63,128 bases of DNA, from assembly GCA_964458305.1 (NCBI GenBank), contig CAYWIH010000008.1, forward strand, positions 1 to 63,128, given 5' to 3'. This document shows, one piece after another, positions 49,734 to 59,460 of this stretch. A model generated the notes under the pieces. It searched no databases. It had not been told where the DNA came from and worked only from the letters and a program-made list of their open reading frames with translations. The position numbers were made by a program, and so were the translations under genes. This DNA comes from an uncultured bacterium. Lineage in GTDB: Bacteria > Cyanobacteriota > Cyanobacteriia > Cyanobacteriales > JASJDA01. The stretch's first letter is position 1, and every line of letters starts with the position of its first letter.

Positions 49734-51390
49734 AAATATATAATTGATAGGGGATACCAACGCGATAATAGTTATCGGGATCTAGGGTACAATTTTTATT
49801 TTGCCCTATTTGCAGTTTCGGGGGATATTCTTTTTGTCTCAATCCCGGTGCTACGATCCACAAATTTACGATTGTGGAAGATTTTAGCTGAGTTAGTCGC
49901 TGCCACATTAGATTATAACTCGGATCGCGCTCTAAAAATGCTAAATATGTCGCCGTGCTTTGGCTTCTAATGCGATCTAATGCTAATCCGTAACTAATAC
50001 CTAAAGCTACTTCATTAGAATTGTTATATCCCGTCACTACCATAGTAGGTTCTGAAGATCGAGCGAAGATTTTGGCTGTTAAGTTTGGTAAATAGGGTTT
50101 TTCTAAAACAATATTATTAATTACTAAAATACAACTTATTAAACCGACGATCGCCACAATAATTATCCGCTCGCTCTGAAGTTTATTTTTAATTTTTAGA
50201 CCTAACAAACTGGCCCCTAATAAAGCACAAAAAGCTGGATAATAAATAAAATGGTAGCGAGGTGCGACGGTAATATCTTTACCGAGAATGTAAATTATTC
50301 CGAAAAATTGCAACAATACTAAAGCAACGAAACTAGCTAAAATAACGGTATTTTTATGAGTATTTTTATCCTTCCAGATCGATTTTAAACCTTGGCTTAC
50401 TTTAGTTATAAACCAAATTGCAAATAAGATAGTTAAGATACCCATAAAAATTTGCATCCCTCGAGGCTGATTTTCTAGAGGAAGGGCGATCGCTACTAAT
50501 AACCAAGCTAAAAATGTTTGTAATAAAGGAATTATATGTTCTGGGGCTGGCAACCAACCAGTTTTAGGATTAGTAAAATGTTCGATTAAAATCGGCAACC
50601 AGGGCAGTAAAAAGATTAAAGGTAAAATAAGATAAAATAGTTGCGCTCCTATTGTTTTATTTTTGTTTTTCAATTTTTCATAGTTTCGACCTTTGAAAAT
50701 TAACGTTGCTAAAATAATTGCTTGGGCTGCATAGGCTAGCAAACAAAAATAATGCACGTAAAAACTAATACTGTTAGCTATTATCCAAATAAACCAAAAA
50801 TATTTTTGTTCTGGTTTTTCAAGTTCGATCGATCTTGCTATTTTTATTAGGCAAATTAAAGAGATAGTAATTAAAACAATTGGCAAAGTATAATGACGGG
50901 CTTCTTGACTTAAATAAACCCCAAAAGGAGAAAAAGCCATTATTGTCGCAGCCATTAACCCAGCAAGAGGAGAAAAGGCAATTCTATTAAGATAATATAC
51001 CAGCGCGATCGAAATGATTCCTAATATTGCTGGCAAACTTCGCAACTTCCAAACTAAATCTAAATCGAAAATATTCAGCAATTTTAACCACTGATTTGTA
51101 GCGCAAAAAAATAGTGGCGGATGAGTCGATTCTTTAATAAGATTTTGGGCAATTTCAGCGCAACTAGTTTCAATATTTAATCTCAATATATTTTGTAAAT
51201 CGGCTGGTGTAAATACTATTTCTTTCGGAATATTTTGATAACTTTTTCCCAGACTAAATATAGCCGTCAATACTTCATCTATTCCCAAATTTTTTAAATC
51301 TAAATTTACTAATCTCAGTATTCCTCCTAAAATAACGATCGCGATTAAAATCCAATAATGTTTGTAATTTAGTTGAGTTTGTTTTGGCAT
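49726..51390 (-). CDS. GT-C fold glycosyltransferase (family 39/PMT-like)
   Basis: Polytopic membrane protein with the DE motif (GIDEV), HPPLFF, SQEARHY and APRY. Confidence 0.8.
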   Translation of the reverse strand: MPKQTQLNYKHYWILIAIVILGGILRLVNLDLKNLGIDEVLTAIFSLGKSYQNIPKEIVFTPADLQNILRLNIETSCAEIAQNLIKESTHPPLFFCATNQWLKLLNIFDLDLVWKLRSLPAILGIISIALVYYLNRIAFSPLAGLMAATIMAFSPFGVYLSQEARHYTLPIVLITISLICLIKIARSIELEKPEQKYFWFIWIIANSISFYVHYFCLLAYAAQAIILATLIFKGRNYEKLKNKNKTIGAQLFYLILPLIFLLPWLPILIEHFTNPKTGWLPAPEHIIPLLQTFLAWLLVAIALPLENQPRGMQIFMGILTILFAIWFITKVSQGLKSIWKDKNTHKNTVILASFVALVLLQFFGIIYILGKDITVAPRYHFIYYPAFCALLGASLLGLKIKNKLQSERIIIVAIVGLISCILVINNIVLEKPYLPNLTAKIFARSSEPTMVVTGYNNSNEVALGISYGLALDRIRSQSTATYLAFLERDPSYNLMWQRLTQLKSSTIVNLWIVAPGLRQKEYPPKLQIGQNKNCTLDPDNYYRVGIPYQLYICE

Positions 51391-51405
51391 TTTTTACGGT
51401 TATTG

Positions 51406-51697
51406 TCAAGTGCGATCGCTACCATTTTTAAATTTTTCTAGTAATTCAAAAAACTTCTCTCAAGCATCTTTATCGTCTTGTGAATAGAAAAAAAATTATC
51501 ATAGCCCGAGACTGACTAGATTTTATTCGATAATATTTTCAGATCCATTTAGTAAATTATTCATCTTCAGTTATCGGCTAAATTTTCTCGATCGTTAGCC
51601 AACAATAAAAAATCCTCAACCCTGAAAATTAAACGTTTTCCTAAATACATCCTCAGTCTTGTTGTCTTCCTTCTAAGATATTGTAGAAGTTTGCCAT
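51406..51697 (-). pseudogene. Decayed small hypothetical gene with multiple frameshifts and stops
   Basis: Successive frames give MANFYNILE / RLRMYLGKR / FTKWI*KYYRIKSSQS / FYSQDDKDA*EKFFELLEKFKN, resembling a recalled RPGMYLG...W...FFELLEEF family. Confidence 0.5.
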
Positions 51698-52042
51698 AAT
51701 TTGATTATTAAAATTTAAAATAACCTCAAAAATTACAAAAAATAACTTAAATTAATTTATTCCAGAAAAATATTCGCAACTTCGACAATATTGTTTAAAA
51801 TTTTTATTTATTTTTACTCTAATTCTTGTTAGTAGAGTACCGCAATCTTCTAAATTATTTTTAACTTTCGTAAAAAAATTACAGTGAATTTTCAAAATCG
51901 ATCGACCGCAATCTTGACATTTTTCAATCTCTACCATATTAAAGTCAAATAGTCAAGAAAAACATTTATACTAAAAAATGAATAAACTAAATTCAGAAAT
52001 AATATTTTAAACCCAGTTTGAATTCGATCGCAGCGAAGCAAA

Positions 52043-54355
52043 ATGAAATTAGAAGAACGAAAACAAACATTAGCCGAAAAATTAGATCTACTAAAAAACA
52101 GCCTCAGACCCGGACAAAAGAGCCTAGCAGAGTGGGTTGGGGGTCAAATGGCAGTTTCAGCCGTACCAGGTGCGGGAAAGTCCCACAGCTTAGCCGTAGC
52201 AGCGACAATAGCCATAGCCAGACATCAACTGCATACTAAAAAACAATTAGTAGTAGTAACATATACCAGATCCGCCGCCGCAGCAATTAAAAAGAAAATA
52301 CGCGATCGCCTTAAAGATCTCGGTTTGTCTGGGGGCAGTTTTGCAGTATATACTTTACACGGTTTAGCCCTTCATATAGCCAGTCGCTATCCAAACTTAT
52401 CTCAACTCAATTTAGAAACATCGACCCTAATCAATCCTAATTCTAGTCATAAAATTATTAGAACCTGTGTCGAAAAATGGATCGCCAATACTCCCCGAAG
52501 ATATCAAAAACTGTTAATCGGAAAAGGGTTTGATGGAGAAGATACAGAAAGACTGCGAAGACAATCGGTATTGCGTACCGAAGTATTACCCAGTTTAGCC
52601 CATACAGTAATTAGAGAAGCAAAAAGTTCCGGTTTGTTGCCAGAAGATGTTTGGCAATTAAGCCAGCAAACCCCAGACGAATACGAAATTTTAGCGATCG
52701 CAGCCGGATTGTACCAACAGTATCAGAAATTAATGAGCGATCGCAATTTTTACGACTACGACGATATGATTCTCGCTTCTTTAAGGGTATTAAAAGACCC
52801 CGTAGTCCGACAAATGTGGCAAAAACAAGTATTTGCAGTATTTGAAGACGAAGCCCAAGACTCTAGCCCCTTACAAGAAAAATTATTGCGAATCCTGGCA
52901 CGAGATCCAGAAGACAAAAATAAATACAATTTAGTTAGAGTCGGAGATCCCAACCAAGCCATCAACTCCACATTTACCCCAGCAGATCCGATTTATTTCA
53001 ATACGTTTTGTGAAAATTGCCAACAAAACGGCAATTTATCGACTATGAATATGGCCGGACGCAGCAGTAAAATTATTATCGACAGTGCCAATTTTATGCT
53101 GAAGTGGGTCAATCAACAGACAAGCAAAAAAGATCCCCAAAGCGATCGAGATAAAATAGAACTGCCATTCCGCCAACAAGATATATTACCAGTATCCCCA
53201 GAAGATCCTCAACCCGATGCCAACCCCAAACCAAGCGGAAAAGGATTAGAAATATACAAACCCGAAGATATTTACCATAGTGTAGATCTTATTGAAGAGC
53301 GAATTATAAAATTACTTACAGCCAACCCAGATCGCAGCGCGGCAATTTTAGTTCGAGAAAACAAACAAGGTCGTTTTTTAGCCGAACAACTAGCTAATTT
53401 AGCAAGAACTCACAAAATTAAAATTTATGAAGTTGGAGAAATAGAGCGTCACTCCCACATTCCCGCAGAAATACTTAAAATTCTCAAATTCCTCGATCGC
53501 CCCCATTCTCCTGAATATCTCAAAAATGCTCTAGAAATATTGCAAAATAGAGGACTAATATCCACTCAAGATCTTAACGCCCTAGCTACTTGTTGCGAAG
53601 AATTTCTCTATCCTAGCCCGCTATCGGAACCCCAAAAACCCCAGATCGAACAAGCCAGTCGTTTCTGTTGCCAACTATTGCGATCGAGAATAGAATTACC
53701 CCAATATCAATTAATTACTTTTTTGGGAATGGCTTTAAAATATGGTGGCAGCGAATTGGCTACCGTAGAAAAATTAGCCGAAAGAGTATTCAAACAAATA
53801 AGAGGCAATATTTCCTTAAAAAATATTATCGCCGTTCTACAAGAGATAGTTAGTTCCGAAAATTTTGAAGCTGTCGCCGATGAAGATAGCGAAGATCGAT
53901 ATACTCGCAGCAACCAAGTTACCATAATTACCATGCATAAAGCCAAAGGCTTGGACTGGGATTATGTATTTATCCCATTTTTGCACGAAGATATCCTTCC
54001 TGGTAAGCCTTGGGTACCCAATGCAGCTAAATTTATCGGCGATTTTACCTTAGCCGAAGTCGCACGGGGGCAAATTAGAGCAGCAGTACACAGTCAATAT
54101 CAAGATAGTTCGCGATCGATACCCTCTCCAGATGAAGCTTGGGCGATCGCAGCTAAATTAAAAACAGCCGAAGAATTTCGCTTGTTGTATGTAGCGATGA
54201 CTCGAGCCAAACGTTTGTTGTGGCTTTCTGCAGCGCGACTCGGGCCTTTTCGTTGGAATACTTTTAGAGGAGATACTGGCAACAATATGCAATCGAAACA
54301 AGCAACTCCGGTTATTTTATCTTTAAAAGAGTGGAAAAGGGAGCAGCTTCGCTGA
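52043..54355 (+). CDS. UvrD/REP family ATP-dependent helicase
   Basis: AVPGAGKS, EDEAQD, VGDPNQAI, TMHKAKGLDWD and EEFRLLYVAMTRAK. Confidence 0.92.
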   Translation: MKLEERKQTLAEKLDLLKNSLRPGQKSLAEWVGGQMAVSAVPGAGKSHSLAVAATIAIARHQLHTKKQLVVVTYTRSAAAAIKKKIRDRLKDLGLSGGSFAVYTLHGLALHIASRYPNLSQLNLETSTLINPNSSHKIIRTCVEKWIANTPRRYQKLLIGKGFDGEDTERLRRQSVLRTEVLPSLAHTVIREAKSSGLLPEDVWQLSQQTPDEYEILAIAAGLYQQYQKLMSDRNFYDYDDMILASLRVLKDPVVRQMWQKQVFAVFEDEAQDSSPLQEKLLRILARDPEDKNKYNLVRVGDPNQAINSTFTPADPIYFNTFCENCQQNGNLSTMNMAGRSSKIIIDSANFMLKWVNQQTSKKDPQSDRDKIELPFRQQDILPVSPEDPQPDANPKPSGKGLEIYKPEDIYHSVDLIEERIIKLLTANPDRSAAILVRENKQGRFLAEQLANLARTHKIKIYEVGEIERHSHIPAEILKILKFLDRPHSPEYLKNALEILQNRGLISTQDLNALATCCEEFLYPSPLSEPQKPQIEQASRFCCQLLRSRIELPQYQLITFLGMALKYGGSELATVEKLAERVFKQIRGNISLKNIIAVLQEIVSSENFEAVADEDSEDRYTRSNQVTIITMHKAKGLDWDYVFIPFLHEDILPGKPWVPNAAKFIGDFTLAEVARGQIRAAVHSQYQDSSRSIPSPDEAWAIAAKLKTAEEFRLLYVAMTRAKRLLWLSAARLGPFRWNTFRGDTGNNMQSKQATPVILSLKEWKREQLR

Positions 54356-54401
54356 AGTCAGAAGTTAGAGATACTACTCACTACTCGCTACTCACCACTC
54401 C
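54354..54401. repeat. Short heptamer repeats (GAAGTCA and CTACTCA types) between convergent genes
   Basis: gaagtca gaagtta, then ctactca ctactcg ctactca ccactcc. Confidence 0.6.
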
Positions 54402-54423
54402 CCTTCGGCCACAAACAGATCGA

Positions 54424-55215
54424 TTACATTTTTTTGAGCTGCGATCGCAATCTTTCTAATTCAGAATCTACTTCCGATTTAGATTCGAAGCTAGAAGTTT
54501 CTTCTGGTTTTTGCTCTTCTTCTTTTGCTGATGGTAAAGCTTCTCGAGCAGGAGAAGATCCCGATATTTGCGCTTTCATTGCTGCTAATTCGTCATCGAC
54601 ACCACTGCTTGCTTCTAACTCGGCAAATTGTCGATCTAAGCCAGTTCCGCCAAGTTCTGTGATCGATTGGGATTCGGCTTCCATTTGTAAGACTTTTTCT
54701 TCCATACGCTCGAAAGCAGACATCGCACCGCTAGTATTGATACCGCTGAGAGTGCTTTGTAGTTCCTGATTAGCTTTAGCCGCTTTAGAACGAGCCTTGA
54801 GCATATTTTTCTTAGTTTTAGCTTCAGAAATCTTGCTTTCTAAGGCGATGAGATTATTTTTGAGAGTTTGTACCTGAGACTTTTGGGTCTTTAACTGAAC
54901 TTCTAAAGTTCCAGCAGTTTCAGCGTATTGCTTTTTGCGAACTAAAGCTTCTCTGGCTAGAGTTTCATCTCCTTTTGTCAAAGCCAACTGGGCCCGTTGC
55001 TGCCACTTATCAGCTTCGCTTTGGTTTTGGTTGAATTGTTGTTCGGTACGTTTTTGTTCGGCAATTGTTTTGGCAACGGCTGTTCTCAGTTGCACCAACT
55101 GCTCTTGCATATCGATGACCGCTTGATCGAGAACTTTCTCTGGATCTTCAGCGTTATCGACCATGCTGTTGATATTGCCTCTAACAATTCTGCTAATACG
55201 ATCGAATAATCCCAT
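54424..55215 (-). CDS. vipp1: Vipp1/IM30 (PspA family with C-terminal extension)
   Basis: MGLFDRISRIVR, AEDPEKVLDQ, AFERMEEKV, VDDELAAMKAQ, then a linker and the extra helix VDSELERLRSQL. Confidence 0.9.
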   Translation of the reverse strand: MGLFDRISRIVRGNINSMVDNAEDPEKVLDQAVIDMQEQLVQLRTAVAKTIAEQKRTEQQFNQNQSEADKWQQRAQLALTKGDETLAREALVRKKQYAETAGTLEVQLKTQKSQVQTLKNNLIALESKISEAKTKKNMLKARSKAAKANQELQSTLSGINTSGAMSAFERMEEKVLQMEAESQSITELGGTGLDRQFAELEASSGVDDELAAMKAQISGSSPAREALPSAKEEEQKPEETSSFESKSEVDSELERLRSQLKKM

Positions 55216-55652
55216 GATGCTTTTTTGTCCTGTGGTCGTCGTTTACAAAAGTTAATTTAAAAGCAGGAAATAAATTATCCTGTTCTTGCTGAAAGTTATT
55301 TAAAATACCCTAAATCGATATTTTCTTTTTATTTTAAGAAGCGGGCCGCAAAAACCCCACCTCATCCTTTAAGCCGATCTGTTCTTACTTTAATAATTTT
55401 AATTAGCCTCGGCATTAAAGAGCTAGGGTATTGAAAATGATAACTTTCTTTATATTTCTATTTTGCCTTTTTTTCTGAGATGGTAGTTAGTCGTGAAAAT
55501 AAATTAGGTTGATTGGTCTTCTTAATGAGTCTGCGACTCCTGGCTTTGATGTCGGATCGTTTTTCGATTTGATTCGATATCACTAATATTATTACGAACT
55601 TCCCAGCCCATGAATTTTTTTTCTAAATCTTCATCGTAATCTTGCTTGCCAA

Positions 55653-56174
55653 TTAATTGCGACTCGGCCTGTCTTTTTCGATCGAATCGATTTCCATTGG
55701 CGATAAAATCGTTTTGCGATCGTTTTCAGGAGATCGCTGGGCTTTTTCTTTGACAACAGCCAATAATTTCGATCGACTCAGGTAAGTTTTTTGTTGGGCT
55801 TTAGCCACAGCAATTTTATGTTCTAGGGTTGACAAGTCTTGTTTTAATCTCTTGACGATCTCGTTTTGCTCGAGCAGCTCTGTTTCTAATCTTTGGGCAC
55901 AATTGTGATATGGTTGTCTGTGCTGCAGTGCTTCTTTAGCTAATTGTTCGTTCCCTTTTACTATTGCTAAACGAGCGCGATCGTGCCATTGTTTTGCCGC
56001 AACAATATTTTTATCTAATTGTTTGGCAATATTTCTGCGCGCGGCGATCGCACAGGCTACAGCTCGACGCAACTCAACTAATTGCGCTTCAGTTTGGATA
56101 ATCATCTCGATGAGGATCTTTTCTGGATCTTCTTTTGGCTGCATCCCTCGCCAGATTCGTCCCCAAAAGCTCAT
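55653..56174 (-). CDS. pspA: Short PspA/IM30 family paralog
   Basis: EDPEKIL, LRRAVACAIA, ARLAIVKGNEQLAKEAL and LEHKIAVAK; lacks the C-terminal PspA helices. Confidence 0.7.
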   Translation of the reverse strand: MSFWGRIWRGMQPKEDPEKILIEMIIQTEAQLVELRRAVACAIAARRNIAKQLDKNIVAAKQWHDRARLAIVKGNEQLAKEALQHRQPYHNCAQRLETELLEQNEIVKRLKQDLSTLEHKIAVAKAQQKTYLSRSKLLAVVKEKAQRSPENDRKTILSPMEIDSIEKDRPSRN

Positions 56175-56230
56175 TAAAGCCCTCCTTACCTCTGTTTGTA
56201 ACTCTTTAGTTTGGAGCTAATATCTTTATC

Positions 56231-56839
56231 CTATCTGAGATTTTTTAGCTTTGCTTCGGCAGGAAGTTCCCTAGGGGAAATGGTCTCGAGGATATGGGAT
56301 TTATACAAATAAGGGCGTAGAGATAATGGTAATAAAGCTGTTGCCAGATCCGAATAAGCTCCCGGTATTACTTTAACCTCGATCGCTCTTTGCTGGCTCG
56401 GATCTGCTGTGGTTTGCGATCGCGCTTCGATCGTCACGATAGTTTGCAAGTCGAGTTGTATTAATTCGTTTGCGGCTAAATTCGGTATTTGGGGAGCTAA
56501 ATCTTCAGTAATTTCCGGTTCAATTTCAGCGATCGTTGCTGGGGTGGAGATAGTTCTCACTAAAATTGTATTTCCGATCGCCAATAAAATGACCGCAGCG
56601 ATACTTAAAGGACTCAAAAATAGTTCGCTCCAAGTTTTATTTTTTTGCTCCCTAGGTTCGTCCTCGATTAAAATTGCTTGCCATATTTCTTGTTGGTTTG
56701 TTGTTTGGCTTAAATAATTAATTGGACGTTCGATCGGACTGTTTTGATTCGCTGTTGGTAAATTTAAAGCCGCTTGCTGGCATATTTCCGCGCTGGTTTG
56801 TTGTGAGACAGGAAATAATCTTTTTTGATTTTTTGTCAT
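56231..56839 (-). CDS. Hypothetical single-TM protein
   Basis: Central hydrophobic helix; PNLAANELIQLDL and YSDLATALLP segments. Confidence 0.65.
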   Translation of the reverse strand: MTKNQKRLFPVSQQTSAEICQQAALNLPTANQNSPIERPINYLSQTTNQQEIWQAILIEDEPREQKNKTWSELFLSPLSIAAVILLAIGNTILVRTISTPATIAEIEPEITEDLAPQIPNLAANELIQLDLQTIVTIEARSQTTADPSQQRAIEVKVIPGAYSDLATALLPLSLRPYLYKSHILETISPRELPAEAKLKNLR

Positions 56840-57028
56840 AATCTATAGCGATCTTGTCGCTCTCGAGTTATCTTGATTACAATTGTTTTTTTGAGAGGGG
56901 ATATTTTTCCGTTCTCGCATTTAGATTATTACAATAATTTTTGAATATATTCTGCGATCGTAAACTTTATTTGTTAGTTTTTAATTGTTTGCTTAATATC
57001 TTCTATTTTTCTTAGCAATAAAGATAAT

Positions 57029-57577
57029 ATGTCTTTTCATTCTCTTGAAAAACTTATAGCAGATCTCGAACGACAACCGGGTTGGGAACGATATCGTTTG
57101 TTTCAGCAAACACTTCAATCTTGGTCGGATCTTGTCGGCCCTAACTTAGCTCGAGTTTCTCGGCCCGTAAAGATCGATCGCAATATTTTATACGTGGCTA
57201 CTTCTAGTTCTGTTATCGCTCAAGATTTGACCATGAAACGCTACGATCTGCTCGAGCAGATAAAAGGGCATTTACAAGTTAATTTCGTTGATATGCGCTT
57301 TTCTACGGCAAAATGGCGCGCCGCTCCACCGAAATCCCCCCCTCAAGAAGTTGTCAATCGAGTCGAGCCAAACATCCCACCTCTAGCTCTCAATTCTAAT
57401 CTTAGCGACCCCAATCCCCAAATTGCTCTCGATCGACTTGCAAATATGATTCGACAAAGATCTCTCGATTTACCTCTTTGCCCTTCTTGTCAAGCCCCAA
57501 CTCCGATCGCCGAATTAAATCGCTGGCAAGTTTGTGCTTGTTGCGCGGCTCGAAACTGGTCTTCAAAACATATTTAG
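57029..57577 (+). CDS. DUF721/DciA family protein with C-terminal Zn ribbon
   Basis: WSDLVG...SRP...LYVATSSSVIAQDL, CPSC and CACC. Confidence 0.85.
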   Translation: MSFHSLEKLIADLERQPGWERYRLFQQTLQSWSDLVGPNLARVSRPVKIDRNILYVATSSSVIAQDLTMKRYDLLEQIKGHLQVNFVDMRFSTAKWRAAPPKSPPQEVVNRVEPNIPPLALNSNLSDPNPQIALDRLANMIRQRSLDLPLCPSCQAPTPIAELNRWQVCACCAARNWSSKHI

Positions 57578-57879
57578 TTTTAATTTTCAATAGAGTTATT
57601 CCTTATTTTTTATTTAGATTTACTTTTTTTATTTCCTTTTTTCTGCGATCCCCATATTTAGCCTGTCTAAATTTTTAAGCGATCGATTCTTGGTTTTTCT
57701 GATTTTGTTTCTATATGTTAATTAATTCTAAAAAAAGAATAAAGAAGAAAAAAGATTGGGGATCGCCAAAACTATTATCAGATCGAGGCTTTAGTGACGG
57801 GATCGCAACTACGGCGATCGAGCAAAATAAAAATAATCAGCTCAATAAAGCTCGAATCAACTAAATTATCACAAATAAA

Positions 57880-58128
57880 ATGAAAACAATAAATTTTTTG
57901 ACATCTAGCTGTCGTTACTGTCGTTACTATAAACCAGAGGGCCGCAGAGGGGGGATCTGCAATCGATTAGAAGTTCCAGTGGAGTCGAGTTGGAAAGCTT
58001 GTTCTTTGGCTCTACCTCCTTTTGCTTGTACCGTACCAACAATAGAAAAATTAGTTATCTTAACTACACCTTCAAATCAAACAACAACAACGATCGCAGC
58101 CGATAGATGCGAACCTATTTCTCGATAA
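57880..58128 (+). CDS. Small Cys-rich conserved cyanobacterial hypothetical protein
   Basis: SCRYCRYYKPEGRRGGIC..L.VPV...WKACSLA.PPF. Confidence 0.75.
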   Translation: MKTINFLTSSCRYCRYYKPEGRRGGICNRLEVPVESSWKACSLALPPFACTVPTIEKLVILTTPSNQTTTTIAADRCEPISR

Positions 58129-58167
58129 TTACTATTTTTTAATAAAAGTTTTTAATAATAAACCGAG

Positions 58168-58199
58168 AGGGTAACTTCTTTATTAATTGAAGTTACTCT
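58168..58199. terminator. Hairpin between convergent genes, probable bidirectional terminator
   Basis: AGGGTAACTTC/GAAGTTACTCT inverted repeat in AT-rich context. Confidence 0.55.
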
Positions 58200-58241
58200 T
58201 AATTTTTTCAATAATAAAATTAAATATAAATCCAATAATTG

Positions 58242-58883
58242 TTACTTTAGACTTTGTTTGGCTACTGCTTTAAGTTTTAAATAAAATTTAGATCGATCTG
58301 GCAATGGAGTAAATCGCTCGATCGATTTTTGTACTGTACTAGTACTAATCCAATTTGGTTGGTAAGCAACTACGGGTTTTTCTGAATTTTTATCTTTATT
58401 TTTCGCTGCGATCGCATCATTTTTTTCTTCTAAAGTTAATAATAATTTCTTGAATTTGCTCTGGCTGGCAAGAGGTGATGATTCCGATTTTTTTTCTATT
58501 GCTTGAATGATGGGCTGACTGAATTGAATGGGCTTTTTTGAGTTTTCTCCTTCGATCTCGCTATTATATTGGTAAGTATCTAGATCGATATTTCGCAAAT
58601 ATTCTGGCAATCGACGACAAATTAAACGTTCGAAATCGTGATTGAAGTGATAAGAAGGATTGCCTTTACGCAGCCAACTAGTTAAAATATGTTCGACAGA
58701 AACAGCTTTATATCTACCCAAATAAAGAGCTTCGATCGTCGCCAAACGCAACCAGAGAGGCGTATATTGTTCCAACCATTTTTCTACTATTCGATCGGGC
58801 GGTTTTTCTTTGATTTCAAAACTATAATAACTGAGTAAAGCTATAGTCTGAAGCACTATTGAATCTTGTGTTGATTCTCTCAT
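58242..58883 (-). CDS. Conserved cyanobacterial hypothetical protein
   Basis: LLSYYSFE, WLRLATIEALYLGRYKAVSVEHIL, HFNHDFERLIC and IERFTP...FYLKLKAV. Confidence 0.8.
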   Translation of the reverse strand: MRESTQDSIVLQTIALLSYYSFEIKEKPPDRIVEKWLEQYTPLWLRLATIEALYLGRYKAVSVEHILTSWLRKGNPSYHFNHDFERLICRRLPEYLRNIDLDTYQYNSEIEGENSKKPIQFSQPIIQAIEKKSESSPLASQSKFKKLLLTLEEKNDAIAAKNKDKNSEKPVVAYQPNWISTSTVQKSIERFTPLPDRSKFYLKLKAVAKQSLK

Positions 58884-59241
58884 GTAATTCTGAATTGTTG
58901 TTGATTTATTAGTTGGTTAGAGCGAGTTTTAAAGAATACAATTGGAGTAAATCTTTTTTCGCAATTGGCAAATTCTCCCCATCTCTATCGGCTTTGTTGG
59001 TTAATTGTAGTAATTCTACTAGATATATTCCAGGATATGAGAATAGATCTAGAAACTTTTTTACATTTTTTTTGTCTTTAGTGTTAGTCGGTGCGATCGA
59101 GAATACTTAGATTTAATATTTGTTGTATTTACCAGATGAATAATAGATATACTCGATCCTTATCAAAAGCAGGAAATTTAAAATCTGTTTTACTAGTCGC
59201 CAAAAAATATAACTTTTTAATCATTTGGGAAGAACAGAAAT

Positions 59242-59460
59242 ATGCAAAAGTTAGGGACTTTGGGTACATCTGTTTTAGTCACGGTTGGTTTAATTGTTTA
59301 TCTCGAAGCTTTTCCTATTAATGCCAATAATTATCCTCAAGATAAAGAAATAGAAAAGATAGAAGAAGAAAAAGTAGCAAACTATACAATTAAGCAATTA
59401 ATCAAAAATCGGATCTTAAATCGCTTTCGTTTGAGAGATGATTGCCAACTATTTCTTTGA
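59242..59460 (+). CDS. Small hypothetical exported protein
   Basis: ATG ORF with a signal-peptide-like N-terminus. Confidence 0.4.
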   Translation: MQKLGTLGTSVLVTVGLIVYLEAFPINANNYPQDKEIEKIEEEKVANYTIKQLIKNRILNRFRLRDDCQLFL

